Of a stretch of 32,000 nt of DNA, positions 8,278 through 20,546 are shown one piece after another. Made by a program: the position numbers and the translations under genes. The stretch's first letter is position 1. The number at the start of each line of letters is the position of its first letter. The stretch comes from Corynebacterium glutamicum ATCC 13032. Its GTDB lineage: Bacteria; Actinomycetota; Actinomycetes; Mycobacteriales; Mycobacteriaceae. Below the pieces are notes generated by a model. The model was not told the origin of the DNA. It did not search any database and saw only the letters and a program-made list of their open reading frames with translations. Where the stretch lies: the NCBI RefSeq assembly GCF_000011325.1, contig NC_003450.3:390001-422000 (forward strand), given 5' to 3'.

Positions 8278-9582
8278 ATGGGAAAACATGAGGTTGCTCA
8301 GCAGACGGTTCCGGGTCCTTCGCCGGAAATGGAAGCGCAGCGGCGTAAAGAGTTGCGCAAGCACAAGGCCATTGCCACTGGCCTGTTGATTTTTGCTGCC
8401 GCTGTATATTTTCTTTGCCGTTTCGTGGAGACCCGTCCGGGTGAAACTGCAGCGTGGGTAGGTTTTGTGCGCGCTGCGGCAGAGGCCGGAATGATTGGCG
8501 GGTTGGCCGACTGGTTCGCGGTCACCGCGCTGTTCCGTCATCCATTGTGGCTGCCTATTCCGCACACTGCGATTATCCCGCGCAAGAAAGACCAGTTAGG
8601 TGAGGCCTTAAGCGGGTTTGTGGGGGATAACTTCCTAAATGCCCAGCTCATTACGGAAAAAGTCTCTCAGGCGCGGATCCCAGAGCGCGCCGGGGAGTGG
8701 CTCGCCCAGCCGGAAAACGGGGAGAAAGTTTCGCGCGAAGTCGGCAAATTGACCGCTAATATTGTGCGCGCAATCGATCCGTCAGATGCTGAAGCGGTGA
8801 TTAAATCTGCGGTGATCGACAAGCTTGCGGAACCCACCTGGGGCCCACCAGCTGGGCGGTTGCTGGAACAACTCCTCGCCGAAGGCAAAGCCGAACCAGT
8901 TGTCCAGGAACTCGCGCAGTGGCTGCACAAAAAGGCGTTGGGCTCCGAGCCGCTGATTGATCGCCTGCTCAACGAGCGCCGCCCGATTTGGGCGCCGAAA
9001 TTCACTGCGCAGCTGGTCAGCGGCAAAGTCTATGACGAGGTCATAAAATTCACTGAAGCCGTCGCTGCCGATCCTAACCACGAGGCCCGCAAATCGCTGC
9101 GCCGATTCCTTAATAAATTGGCGCAAGACCTGCAGCATGACCCAGGCATGATTATTAAAGTTGAAGAAATCAAACGCGACATCATGGGCTCCGGCGCCAT
9201 CGCGCAAGCCGCGCCAACCATCTGGGCGTCAGCCTCCGAGTCGCTCATTGAATCCGCAGAAGATGAGTCATCAATTCTGCGTCGCAAAATTGCCGAAGCA
9301 GCTACCAGCTGGGGTCAAAGATTGCTTGTCGACGACTCCCTCCGGCATTCACTCGACACCCGGATTACCGGCGCCGCTGCTTTCCTCGCCGACAATTACG
9401 CCCCCGAAGTCACCGGCATTATCTCCGAAACCATTGAACGATGGGACGCTGAAGAAGCTTCAGAGAAAATCGAACTCATGGTGGGCAAAGACCTCCAATA
9501 CATCCGCCTTAATGGCACAATTGTAGGTGCATTAGCAGGACTGGCCATTTACGCTATTTCCCATATCCTCTTCGGAGCTTAA
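8278..9582 (+). CDS. DUF445-family membrane protein (YjiN-like)
   Basis: ORF 8248..9582. I prefer the ATG at 8278. The hallmark GGLADWFAVTALFRHPLWLPIPHTAIIPRKKDQLGEALSGFVGDNFL is present, together with N- and C-terminal hydrophobic helices. Confidence 0.7.
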   Translation: MGKHEVAQQTVPGPSPEMEAQRRKELRKHKAIATGLLIFAAAVYFLCRFVETRPGETAAWVGFVRAAAEAGMIGGLADWFAVTALFRHPLWLPIPHTAIIPRKKDQLGEALSGFVGDNFLNAQLITEKVSQARIPERAGEWLAQPENGEKVSREVGKLTANIVRAIDPSDAEAVIKSAVIDKLAEPTWGPPAGRLLEQLLAEGKAEPVVQELAQWLHKKALGSEPLIDRLLNERRPIWAPKFTAQLVSGKVYDEVIKFTEAVAADPNHEARKSLRRFLNKLAQDLQHDPGMIIKVEEIKRDIMGSGAIAQAAPTIWASASESLIESAEDESSILRRKIAEAATSWGQRLLVDDSLRHSLDTRITGAAAFLADNYAPEVTGIISETIERWDAEEASEKIELMVGKDLQYIRLNGTIVGALAGLAIYAISHILFGA

Positions 9583-9597
9583 CTAGGAGTAACCATC

Positions 9598-10020
9598 ATG
9601 TCCGATGCAAAAGACGATTCCATCTTGTCCAAGTGGAGCAATGCAGCTTCCGAGCTCAGCGGTGCCGTCAGTGGAGTAGCGAAGAAGCTCCGTGAAGAAC
9701 TCTCTGAGAAGGAAACCTTCAGCAAGCTTAAAACCGAAGCCAGCGAAGCCGTCGATCAAGCAAAGTCCGGCTCCTACCTAGATGCCGGTAAGGAATTCGC
9801 CCGCGACGCCGGATCCATCATCAAAGATGCAGCCAAAACCGTCAAAGGTGCCGTCAGTGATTCCGATAAAAACGACGTGAAATCCGCCTTCGGTAACGCC
9901 GTGGAAGCTTCCCGCGACAAGTTCGATGACACCCTCGAAAAGCGCAAGGCTAAGAAGGATTCCCCAGAACCAGGCGATGACGATATCATCGATGGAGAAG
10001 TAATTCCTCCGCAGAATTAA
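9598..10020 (+). CDS. Hypothetical hydrophilic, Lys/Asp/Glu/Ala-rich helical protein
   Basis: 140-aa ORF with an AGGAG RBS 9 nt upstream. It starts 15 nt after the DUF445 gene. I recognise no domain. Confidence 0.6.
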   Translation: MSDAKDDSILSKWSNAASELSGAVSGVAKKLREELSEKETFSKLKTEASEAVDQAKSGSYLDAGKEFARDAGSIIKDAAKTVKGAVSDSDKNDVKSAFGNAVEASRDKFDDTLEKRKAKKDSPEPGDDDIIDGEVIPPQN

Positions 10021-10038
10021 GGAAGTCGGTTTCACCCC

Positions 10039-10344
10039 ATGGATATTTCCATGCTCAACGTAATAACGAGCTACACCATTTGGGCCATTTTTGCCATCAT
10101 CGGCATCTGCGGATTCGTTGGTGCCTTCTTGGCAGCCACCACCAGAGAAGATGCCTTTGAGGTTGCTGATCGCCAAAAGAAAATGGTGTGGGTAGCAATC
10201 CTTATCGCATCCGGATTTGTCCTCACCGCGCTAGGTCCATCGATTCCGATCCTGCCATGGGTCGCCATCATCATGATCGGCCTGTACTGGTTTGATGTTC
10301 GCCCGCAAATCAAGAGCATCCTTGAAGGTGCCGGCGGCTGGTAA
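10039..10344 (+). CDS. DUF2516-like small membrane protein
   Basis: 101 aa with three hydrophobic segments and the C-terminal motif YWFDVRPQIK, which is typical of actinobacterial DUF2516. It starts 18 nt after the previous gene. Confidence 0.55.
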   Translation: MDISMLNVITSYTIWAIFAIIGICGFVGAFLAATTREDAFEVADRQKKMVWVAILIASGFVLTALGPSIPILPWVAIIMIGLYWFDVRPQIKSILEGAGGW

Positions 10345-10361
10345 AAGCTCCCTGAACTGCG

Positions 10362-10396
10362 AAAATTCCCCTACATCCCGTAGGGGAATTTTTTCG
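10362..10396 (+). terminator. Intrinsic terminator ending the 8278-10344 unit
   Basis: Stem aattcccctac (10364-10374) / gtaggggaatt (10380-10390) is followed by TTTTCGG. Confidence 0.7.
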
Positions 10397-10449
10397 GCCC
10401 ATGTGCGGTTGTGTCCTAAGTCATTGATGTCACCTAACGCCCCTAAGTT

Positions 10450-10486
10450 CACTCGGTGCAATATTGCACTGAGTGCAAGTTTACAC
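10450..10486. promoter_or_regulatory. Candidate TetR operator: a 26-bp near-perfect palindrome plus an adjacent related half-palindrome
   Basis: CACTCgGTGCAATATTGCACtGAGTG spans 10450-10475, with a perfect 14-bp core GTGCAATATTGCAC at 10456-10469. The related GTGCAAGTTTACAC follows at 10473-10486. Both lie directly upstream of the TetR gene. Confidence 0.5.
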
Positions 10487-10499
10487 TAGGTTTACTTCA

Positions 10500-11149
10500 G
10501 TGGATATTGAAGAGCAGCCCTCGTTAAGAGAAATCAAGCGCCAAATGACCCTGGAAGCGATAGAAGATAACGCAACCAGGCTCATTCTGGAGCGTGGCTT
10601 CGACAATGTCACAATCGAAGACATCTGCGCAGAGGCAGGGATATCCAAGCGCACATTCTTTAACTACGTGGAGTCCAAAGAGTCTGTGGCCATCGGGCAC
10701 ACAGCCAAGCTCCCAACGGATGAAGAACGTGAAGCATTCCTGGCTACGCGTCATGAAAATATTATCGATACTGTATTTGACCTGGTAATCAACCTCTTTG
10801 GCAACCACGACAACTCCAAGTCTGGAGTTGCAGGCGACATTATGCGTCGACGCAAAGAGATCCGGGTGAAGCATCCAGAACTGGCAGTGCAACATTTCGC
10901 CAGGTTCCACCAAGCACGCGAAGGGCTAGAACACCTAATTGTTGAGTACTTCGAAAAATGGCCAGGCTCCCAACATCTAGATGAGCCTGCAGATCGAGAA
11001 GCAATCGCCATAGTTGGCCTGCTGATCTCGGTCATGCTTCAAGGTTCTCGTGAATGGCACGACATGCCACAAGGCACGCAAGCTGATTTCCAAGCCTGCT
11101 GTCGCAAAGCAATTAAAAATACTTTTCTTCTTAGAGGTGGATTTTCAGA

Positions 11150-11153
<4 letters not shown>
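10500..11153 (+). CDS. TetR/AcrR-family transcriptional regulator
   Basis: ORF 10473..11153. The first 14 nt of that ORF are operator sequence, so I prefer GTG 10500 (ATG 10545 is also possible). The HTH reads TIEDICAEAGISKRTFFNYV. The stop overlaps the next start (ATGA). Confidence 0.8.
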
Positions 11154-14433
<3,280 letters not shown>

Positions 14434-14438
14434 ACACA

Positions 14439-14478
14439 AAACAAATGAGACCTACCCTCGGGTAGGTCTCATTTGTTT
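14439..14478. terminator. Bidirectional intrinsic terminator between MFS copy 2 and purU
   Basis: An 18-bp perfect stem (14439-14456 pairs with 14461-14478: aacaaatgagacctaccc / gggtaggtctcatttgtt) has A- and T-runs on both sides. Confidence 0.85.
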
Positions 14479-14504
14479 AGGGTCGCGTCGAAAAGCAAAA
14501 AGCC

Positions 14505-15419
14505 TTAATCAAAGACAACCGTGCGGTTACCGTAAACCAGCACCCGGTCCTCCAAGTGGAAACGCAAACCGCGAGCCAGCACCTGCTTCTCCGCATCGCG
14601 GCCCAAACGCTGCATCTCAGTCGGCGTATCCTTATGCGTCACACGAATAACATCCTGCTCAATGATCGGACCATCATCCAGATCCCCAGTCGCATAATGG
14701 CAGGTCGCACCAATCAACTTCACACCACGGCTATACGCCTGATGATACGGGCGCGCACCCATAAACGACGGCAAGAAACTGTGATGAATATTCAACACAC
14801 GACCAGCCCACATCTCACACAAATCCGGCGGCAAAATCTGCATAAAACGAGCCAAAACAATCGCATCCGGATCATAACCATTCACAATCTCAGCGACCTG
14901 GTCAAACGCCTTCCGCTTACCAACCGCATCCTTAGGAAACGGCACATGGAAAAACGGAACATTATGGTTCTCCGCAATATAACGCAAGTTCTCATGGTTA
15001 CCCACAACCGCAACAACTTCCATCGGATAATCATTCTCAGCCACACGACCTAACAAATCGTGCAAGCAGTGGCCCTCCTTAGACACCAACAACACAGCCT
15101 TCTTCACCTGCGCAGTGTCAGTGAAACTCCACTTAGCCCTCGGGCCGAACTCCTCCGCAAGCGGAGCGAACTCCTCCCGCAACTGCTCAATCGTGGTATC
15201 AATCGACTCAGCGCGAATCGCCTGACGAGTAAAGAACCAATTCGAATCAGGATCCGTGAAATATCCAGCCTCAGTAATCCAACCCCCACGCTCAGCTAGG
15301 AACGACGACAACTTCGCCACAATTCCAGTGGAGTCAGGGCAGCCAAAAGTGAGCACAAACTGACGCTCTTCAGGCGCAGCGCTCGGACGATTACGAACTT
15401 CAGGAGAACTCGGGGTCAT
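14505..15419 (-). CDS. purU: Formyltetrahydrofolate deformylase
   Basis: ORF 14505..15509. I prefer the ATG at 15419 (MTPSSPE..., 304 aa). It has an N-terminal ACT-like region and a formyltransferase core NIHHSFLPSFMGARPYHQA. Confidence 0.85.
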   Translation of the reverse strand: MTPSSPEVRNRPSAAPEERQFVLTFGCPDSTGIVAKLSSFLAERGGWITEAGYFTDPDSNWFFTRQAIRAESIDTTIEQLREEFAPLAEEFGPRAKWSFTDTAQVKKAVLLVSKEGHCLHDLLGRVAENDYPMEVVAVVGNHENLRYIAENHNVPFFHVPFPKDAVGKRKAFDQVAEIVNGYDPDAIVLARFMQILPPDLCEMWAGRVLNIHHSFLPSFMGARPYHQAYSRGVKLIGATCHYATGDLDDGPIIEQDVIRVTHKDTPTEMQRLGRDAEKQVLARGLRFHLEDRVLVYGNRTVVFD

Positions 15420-15473
15420 TCGTTGCATTCTACCCTGGAAATTTTCCCACACTAAGTCAGGTCTAAGTAGGGT

Positions 15474-16148
15474 ATGGATATGACGATTTCCCGCTCCACC
15501 ATGGCCCAAATCCTTGACTACACCCTCCTCGGACCAGAAGTAACCAACTCCGAACTGGCCGCATTTATAGATTCCGCAATTGAGCTGGGAGTCGGCACGA
15601 TCTGTGTCCCCAACAGCATGGTCAACCTAACTGCAAAAGCCCAAGAAGCTGGAATTCGAGTGGCCACCGTCGCAGGATTCCCGCACGGCAAAACCCCCGC
15701 GTTGGTGAAAGCCGCCGAAGCGCGCCTTGCCGTACAGTCCGGAGCTTCCGAAGTAGATGTTGTTTTGGATATTGCGGTAGTGAAAGAGGGAGATGCCAAT
15801 AGGTTGCTGCAGGAAATTGTGGCAATCAGGGAGGCTGTTCCATCTCCTGTGGTGCTGAAATTCATCCTCGAAACAGCTGTTGTGAGTGATGAAGCAATTG
15901 TGACTGCAGTGAATGCGTTGATTGCTGCTGGTGCTGACTTCGCTAAAACTTCCACGGGATTCCACCCAGCGGGAGGGGCAACTGTTGAGGCTGTTCGGGT
16001 GATGGCTTCGGCTTCTCGGGGAAGGGTTGGAATTAAGGCTGCCGGTGGGGTGAAAACTTGGGAAGATGCGGTGGCGTTTGTTGAAGCAGGGGCTACTCGC
16101 ATTGGAACTTCTAATGCGGGAGCCATTTTGGAGGGTGCGCCGGAGTAG
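15474..16148 (+). CDS. deoC: Deoxyribose-phosphate aldolase
   Basis: 224 aa. The class I aldolase Schiff-base lysine context is [10 protein letters not shown], and the region GIKAAGGV is also present. The start could be 15474 or 15480. Confidence 0.85.
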   Translation: MDMTISRSTMAQILDYTLLGPEVTNSELAAFIDSAIELGVGTICVPNSMVNLTAKAQEAGIRVATVAGFPHGKTPALVKAAEARLAVQSGASEVDVVLDIAVVKEGDANRLLQEIVAIREAVPSPVVLKFILETAVVSDEAIVTAVNALIAAGADFAKTSTGFHPAGGATVEAVRVMASASRGRVGIKAAGGVKTWEDAVAFVEAGATRIGTSNAGAILEGAPE

Positions 16149-16234
16149 TTTGGCGTTCTAATCGGGACTGATGGGTAATTGAGGGCGGTTAAGAGGGTTC
16201 GAAGTTCGATTCGGGGGTCGGGCTTCGGGGCAAT

Positions 16235-16284
16235 GCAAAAATCCACCACAACCTGCAGGAATGTTGAGATCTGTGGTGGATTTT
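16235..16284. repeat. CCACCACA-core hairpin element (same family as the 31.5-32.0 kb repeats, in inverted orientation)
   Basis: gcAAAAATCCACCACA (16235-16250) pairs with TGTGGTGGATTTT (16272-16284) as a 13-bp stem with a 21-nt loop. Its reverse complement, TGTGGTGGATTTTTGC, is identical to 31560-31575 and 31865-31880. Confidence 0.6.
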
Positions 16285-16549
16285 CCCGCTTTAGAGGCCT
16301 TGGGATGCAAAAATCAGACCGATTCTGCTGCGAGGCTGCTCGTTGTGGTGAGTAGTTGATCAGGGAACTCACAGACTCCTGGGGTGGGGTGAAAGGGGCT
16401 GAAAAATAGCCTTGCATGCAAAATATTTGATGCTTTGTGTGCCGTTTTAAGAGCTTGAAGGCGAGGAACTGACACTAGAGCTCATTTGGAGAATTGGGCG
16501 CCTTAAACGGGAGGGAACCGAATCGGCGGAATCACAGTCTAACTTAAGC

Positions 16550-17419
16550 ATGAAGCCAATTAGATTTGAAGATGTCCAGCATGAAATGAATAGAAGACAG
16601 TTCTCTGCAAAGTACACAAGAGTAGTGGGAACGTTTTGGATTAAGAAGGAATATGCGGAAAATCCGGTTGTGGTGGCAGATGCGCTATTGCGGAGATTTC
16701 CCAACGGTGTAATCAGGGGATTCACTGCACTGATTGTGAGAGGATACTCCCTGTTGGATGAACCTCGAACGGCGGAAATTAGCGTCCCGAGGGGAGCGAG
16801 CCATGTGACTGTCCTTTTGGGAAAAGTCGTGCGCCACAAAATGCCAGAGGTGCATGTGGTGAAGGGGAGGCGCTGCGTGAGTGTTGCCCAGGCGCTGTTG
16901 GATGAGTTTCCCGCGATGGTTCTGGAACAGCAGGTGGCATTGGTAGACCATTTGGTGAGGCAGAATGAGGATCTGTACAAGCAGCTGCAGCAGGTGAAAG
17001 CGCTAAAGGAAGTGATGCGGCTGGTGAATCCGATGGCGGAGTCGAGGCCGGAATCGATGCTCAGGGTGAGGCTTCGTCGTGAGGGGATTTGGGGGTTTGA
17101 GCCGCAGATTCCGGTGGAGTGTGATGGGGTGACGAGGTTTGTGGATTTGGGAAACCCGAAGCTTCGGATAGCGCTCGAGTATCAGGGGGCTGTGCATTTT
17201 GAGGATGCGGAGAAGAGGTCGCAGGATAGTCGGCGGGTGAATGAGTTGAGGGCTGCGGGGTGGGTGGTGATAGAAGTAACCTGGCCTGATCTTGCGGATC
17301 AGGCCAGGTGGGGGAGGTTGCTTACTGAGTTAAGGAAGCAGATCGGGCGGGCAGAGGAGGAAAGGAAAATGAGGAGGACACCGATTCCAATGCCACCGGA
17401 TCCGTTTAGGCCTTACTGA
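16550..17419 (+). CDS. DUF559 / Vsr-like endonuclease-fold protein with an AbiEi-like N-terminal region (hypothetical)
   Basis: 289 aa. The C-terminal pattern ESRPESMLRVRLRREGIWGFEPQIPVECDGVTRFVDLGNPKLRIALEYQGAVHFEDAEKRSQDSRRVNELRAAGWVVIEVTWPDL fits the DUF559 signature (ES..E..R..L...G...P..Q..V....R.DL......A.EY.G..H......D..R...L...GW.V...T). The start is uncertain because no clear RBS precedes it. Confidence 0.6.
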   Translation: MKPIRFEDVQHEMNRRQFSAKYTRVVGTFWIKKEYAENPVVVADALLRRFPNGVIRGFTALIVRGYSLLDEPRTAEISVPRGASHVTVLLGKVVRHKMPEVHVVKGRRCVSVAQALLDEFPAMVLEQQVALVDHLVRQNEDLYKQLQQVKALKEVMRLVNPMAESRPESMLRVRLRREGIWGFEPQIPVECDGVTRFVDLGNPKLRIALEYQGAVHFEDAEKRSQDSRRVNELRAAGWVVIEVTWPDLADQARWGRLLTELRKQIGRAEEERKMRRTPIPMPPDPFRPY

Positions 17420-17708
17420 AGCGGGCGATGGCGTCGGAAACTTCTTTGAGTTTTGCGTCGAGTTCGTCGCCGCCGAGGTCAGCTGCTTCTTTGACACAGT
17501 GAGCGAGGTGATCGTCGAGGAGGCCGAACGCCACGTTTTTGAGTGCGGAGTTCACTGCGGAGATCTGCGTGAGGATGTCGATGCAGTATTGTTCCTCGTC
17601 GATCATGCGGTGAATGCCTCGGGTTTGGCCTTCGATTCTTTTGAGGCGTGCGAGGTAACGCTGCTTTTCTTCGATGTAACCGTGGGTGTGGCATTCGCTG
17701 TTGGACAT
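17406..17708 (-). CDS. csoR: Copper-sensing transcriptional repressor, CsoR family
   Basis: 100 aa. The CsoR/RcnR fold signature RLKRIEGQTRGIHRMI is present, with Cu(I) ligands in YCIDIL and HLAHC (the C-H-C pattern). The start overlaps the copA stop (TAATG). Confidence 0.9.
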   Translation of the reverse strand: MSNSECHTHGYIEEKQRYLARLKRIEGQTRGIHRMIDEEQYCIDILTQISAVNSALKNVAFGLLDDHLAHCVKEAADLGGDELDAKLKEVSDAIARFSKA

Positions 17709-19975
17709 TAGTTGCTCCTTGCTTTGAATCCTCGCAGACGCAAGGAATTGGAGACGACGAAAACTGAACTGAAGGCCATCGCAATGCCGGCAAGCATTGG
17801 GTTGAGGAGTCCGATCGCCGCTACTGGGATTAGTGCAACATTGTAGGCGAAAGCCCAGAAAAGGTTTCCCTTGATGGTGCCGAGGGTTTTACGGGACAGT
17901 CGGATGGCGTCGACTGCGGATCGGAGGTCGTTGTTCATGAGGGTGATGTCGGAGGCTTCGATGGCTACGTCGGTGCCGGCTCCCATGGCGAGTCCGAGGT
18001 CAGCTTGGGCAAGAGCTGCGGCATCGTTGACGCCGTCGCCGACCATCGCAACGTTTTTGCCTTGTGCTTGGAGGGCTTCTACGTTTTGGACTTTTTCGTG
18101 GGGGAGGACGTTGGCGATGACTTGGTCGATGCCGACTTCAGCGGCTACGGATTTAGCTGCGCCTTCATTGTCTCCGGTGAGTAGGATTGGGGTGAGTCCC
18201 AGTTCCTTGAGTCCGCGGATTGCTTCGGCGGAGGTGTCTTTGACGGTGTCGCGGACCGTGATTATTCCGGAATCTACGCCGTCAATCGTGACGACTACGG
18301 GGGTTCCGCCGATTTTTTGGGCGTGTTGGAAGGGGTGGAGGAGGGCGTCGATAAGCGTGCTTGAAGGCCTGCCCACGCGGACCTCGTGTCCGCGGACTAC
18401 ACCGGTGACTCCCTGACCTGCGGTGTTTTGGAAGTCGGTGACTTGCTCGTGTTCGGCGGCCTTGGCGATTGCCTGGGCGATGGGGTGTTCGGAGGCGGAC
18501 TCGACGGCTGCAGCGAATTCGAGGATTTCGGTTTCGCTGTAGTTGATGGCGGTGACGTCGGTGACGGACATGGTGCCGGTGGTGACGGTGCCGGTTTTGT
18601 CGAGGACGATGGTGTCGACTTTTTTGGTGGATTCGAGGATTTCAGGGCCCTTGATCAACAGACCGAGTTGCGCGCCGCGGCCGGTTCCGACCAGAAGTGC
18701 GGTTGGGGTTGCCAGGCCGAGGGCACAAGGGCAGGCGATAATGAGGACGGCGACTGCTGCGGTGAATGCTGGGGCGAGGCCGGCGTCGGTGAAGACGAGG
18801 TGCGCGATCAGCGTCGCAATAGCAATTACGATGACAACGGGAACGAAAACCTGCGAGATTTGGTCAACAAGACGCTGGACAGGGGCCTTTTTGGACTGTG
18901 CGTCCGTGACCAGTTTAGCCATTTGCGACAGGGTGGTGTCGGCGCCGATGCGGGTTACTTTCACCATGAGGCGGCCGGAAGTGTTCAGCGTTGCGCCGGT
19001 AACTTTGGAGCCCTTGGTGACTTCAACGGGGATGGATTCGCCGGTGAGCATGGATTCGTCGACTGCGGAGGAACCTTCGACGACTTCACCGTCGGTGGCG
19101 ATTTTCTCGCCGGGGCGGGTGATGAAAACGTCGCCGAGTTTAAGCTGATTCACAGGAACGCGGACTTCGGCGCCGTCACGTAAGACGACTGCATCTTTGG
19201 CGCCCATGTCCAGCAGCTTGCGCAGAGCTTCCGAAGATTGGCCCTTAGCTTTTGTCTCAAACCAGCGTCCAAGCAGCAGGAACGTAATAACGACCGCGAC
19301 GGTTTCGAGGTAAATCTCATCCATCGTGGAGGCCGACGGCAGCAGGTGCATCTCCATCTTCATGCCAGGGTGACCAGCATTTCCAATGAACAAAGCCCAC
19401 AGGGACCACAGGTAAGCAGCGGACGTGCCGAGTGAAACCAGGGTGTCCATGGTGAAGGAACCGTGCTTCAGGTTTGCCCACGTTGCCTTGTGGAACGGTG
19501 AACCGCCCCAGAAGAAAATCGGGGTGACCAAAGTGAGTACGGCCCACTGCCAGTTGTTGAATTGCAGCGCCGGGATCATGCTGACCAAAACCACAGGAAC
19601 TGACAACAGTGCAGAGACGATCACGCGGTGTTTCAGGTCGGCTGCTTCGTGGTCGCGAGCTGCGTCGATGCGGGACTGGCCGCTGTCAGCTGGAGCGTTG
19701 TCCTCTTCTGATTCGGCAGCTGCGGAAGCCATCGTGAAAGCACCGTAGCCGGTGTCCTCAACAGTCTTAATCAGCTGTTCAGGGCTGACCTTTGAGGGGT
19801 CGTAGCTGACCTGTGCGGATTCCGTCGCGTAGTTGACGGTTGCTTCAACGCCGTCGAGCTTGTTCAGTTTGCGCTCGACGCGGGCGGAGCAAGAAGTGCA
19901 GGTCATGCCGGTAACGCCGAGGTCGACGTCAATGAAATTCAGTGCCGCCGGGATTTTGGCGGGTGTCTGAGCCAT
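17708..19975 (-). CDS. copA: Copper-exporting P1B-type ATPase
   Basis: 755 aa. It has an N-terminal HMA domain (GMTCTSC), TGES, the CPC motif ([13 protein letters not shown]), DKTGT and [21 protein letters not shown] is present. Confidence 0.95.
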   Translation of the reverse strand: MAQTPAKIPAALNFIDVDLGVTGMTCTSCSARVERKLNKLDGVEATVNYATESAQVSYDPSKVSPEQLIKTVEDTGYGAFTMASAAAESEEDNAPADSGQSRIDAARDHEAADLKHRVIVSALLSVPVVLVSMIPALQFNNWQWAVLTLVTPIFFWGGSPFHKATWANLKHGSFTMDTLVSLGTSAAYLWSLWALFIGNAGHPGMKMEMHLLPSASTMDEIYLETVAVVITFLLLGRWFETKAKGQSSEALRKLLDMGAKDAVVLRDGAEVRVPVNQLKLGDVFITRPGEKIATDGEVVEGSSAVDESMLTGESIPVEVTKGSKVTGATLNTSGRLMVKVTRIGADTTLSQMAKLVTDAQSKKAPVQRLVDQISQVFVPVVIVIAIATLIAHLVFTDAGLAPAFTAAVAVLIIACPCALGLATPTALLVGTGRGAQLGLLIKGPEILESTKKVDTIVLDKTGTVTTGTMSVTDVTAINYSETEILEFAAAVESASEHPIAQAIAKAAEHEQVTDFQNTAGQGVTGVVRGHEVRVGRPSSTLIDALLHPFQHAQKIGGTPVVVTIDGVDSGIITVRDTVKDTSAEAIRGLKELGLTPILLTGDNEGAAKSVAAEVGIDQVIANVLPHEKVQNVEALQAQGKNVAMVGDGVNDAAALAQADLGLAMGAGTDVAIEASDITLMNNDLRSAVDAIRLSRKTLGTIKGNLFWAFAYNVALIPVAAIGLLNPMLAGIAMAFSSVFVVSNSLRLRGFKARSN

Positions 19976-20016
19976 GGGATCGCTCCTTCTGCGAGTATGT
20001 TTACATGACTCACTGT

Positions 20017-20033
20017 ATACCCCCTAGGGGTAT
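20017..20033. promoter_or_regulatory. CsoR-type operator in the copA promoter
   Basis: ATACCCC-cta-GGGGTAT has 7-bp perfect inverted arms. On the minus strand it lies between TTGACC (-35-like) and TATACA/TACAGT (-10-like), about 45 nt upstream of the copA ATG. Confidence 0.65.
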
Positions 20034-20476
20034 GGGTCAACCCTTCGCGGGAACATGCCTGGCGTAAACCACGTGAGGGTCATTGCAATTACTGCCGCGA
20101 TAATCGAGCCCCATGTGGCGTCGACGAACCTGTATATCGCGAAACTAATCGCCGCGATCAGGAACCAAATTAGCGGCACAAAAATGGATGTTCGATTATT
20201 GCGTGTGATTTCCTCATCAATCCAGCCTTCCTGTGGAAACCTGGCGCGCGCTTCTCGACGAATCCTCCTCGCCGTTTTCGACGCCGGCACGAAGGTGGCA
20301 AACAAGACCAAAACGAGACCCACTCCTGTAATAAGTAGGTCCCCACTTGCCGCGCCGAAAGCGATGGTACCTGCAGCAACACATGCCGCAAGACGTTCAC
20401 CGAAAGTGATGGGAATGGGCGTTAATGGATCTACGTCCGGATAGAGATTGGGGAAAGCTGCATTTTGAAAAGTCAT
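20024..20476 (-). CDS. Hypothetical integral membrane protein (about 4 TM helices)
   Basis: 150-aa ORF with hydrophobic segments (LAACVAAGTIAFGAA, ITGVGLVLVLFATFV, IFVPLIWFLIAAISFAIY, IIAAVIAMTLTWF). Its stop codon lies in the spacer of the CsoR operator. Confidence 0.55.
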   Translation of the reverse strand: MTFQNAAFPNLYPDVDPLTPIPITFGERLAACVAAGTIAFGAASGDLLITGVGLVLVLFATFVPASKTARRIRREARARFPQEGWIDEEITRNNRTSIFVPLIWFLIAAISFAIYRFVDATWGSIIAAVIAMTLTWFTPGMFPRRVDPYP

Positions 20477-20546
20477 GATGGCGTCTCGGGCTCTGTGAAA
20501 GGTCGGGGGGAATCAACCTTTTGGCGGGTTCTGAAATTGAAACAAT

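Noticed and set aside
15420-15509. Upstream extension of purU (the 334-aa version)
   Set aside because: The extension would overlap the divergent deoC start by 36 nt. The extra residues ([19 protein letters not shown]...) are not PurU-like, and the ATG at 15419 gives a typical ~304-aa protein.
15518-16417. 299-aa ORF on the minus strand
   Set aside because: It lies antisense to deoC for most of its length and then runs through the repeat-containing gap. The product is Ala/Pro/Ser/Thr-rich and low-complexity, with no start context or recognisable domain.
17871-19183. Plus-strand ORFs of 181, 265 and 201 aa inside copA
   Set aside because: These are antisense frames of a strongly supported P-type ATPase gene. 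They are Gly/Asp/Val- or Ser/Thr/Pro-rich with no domains.
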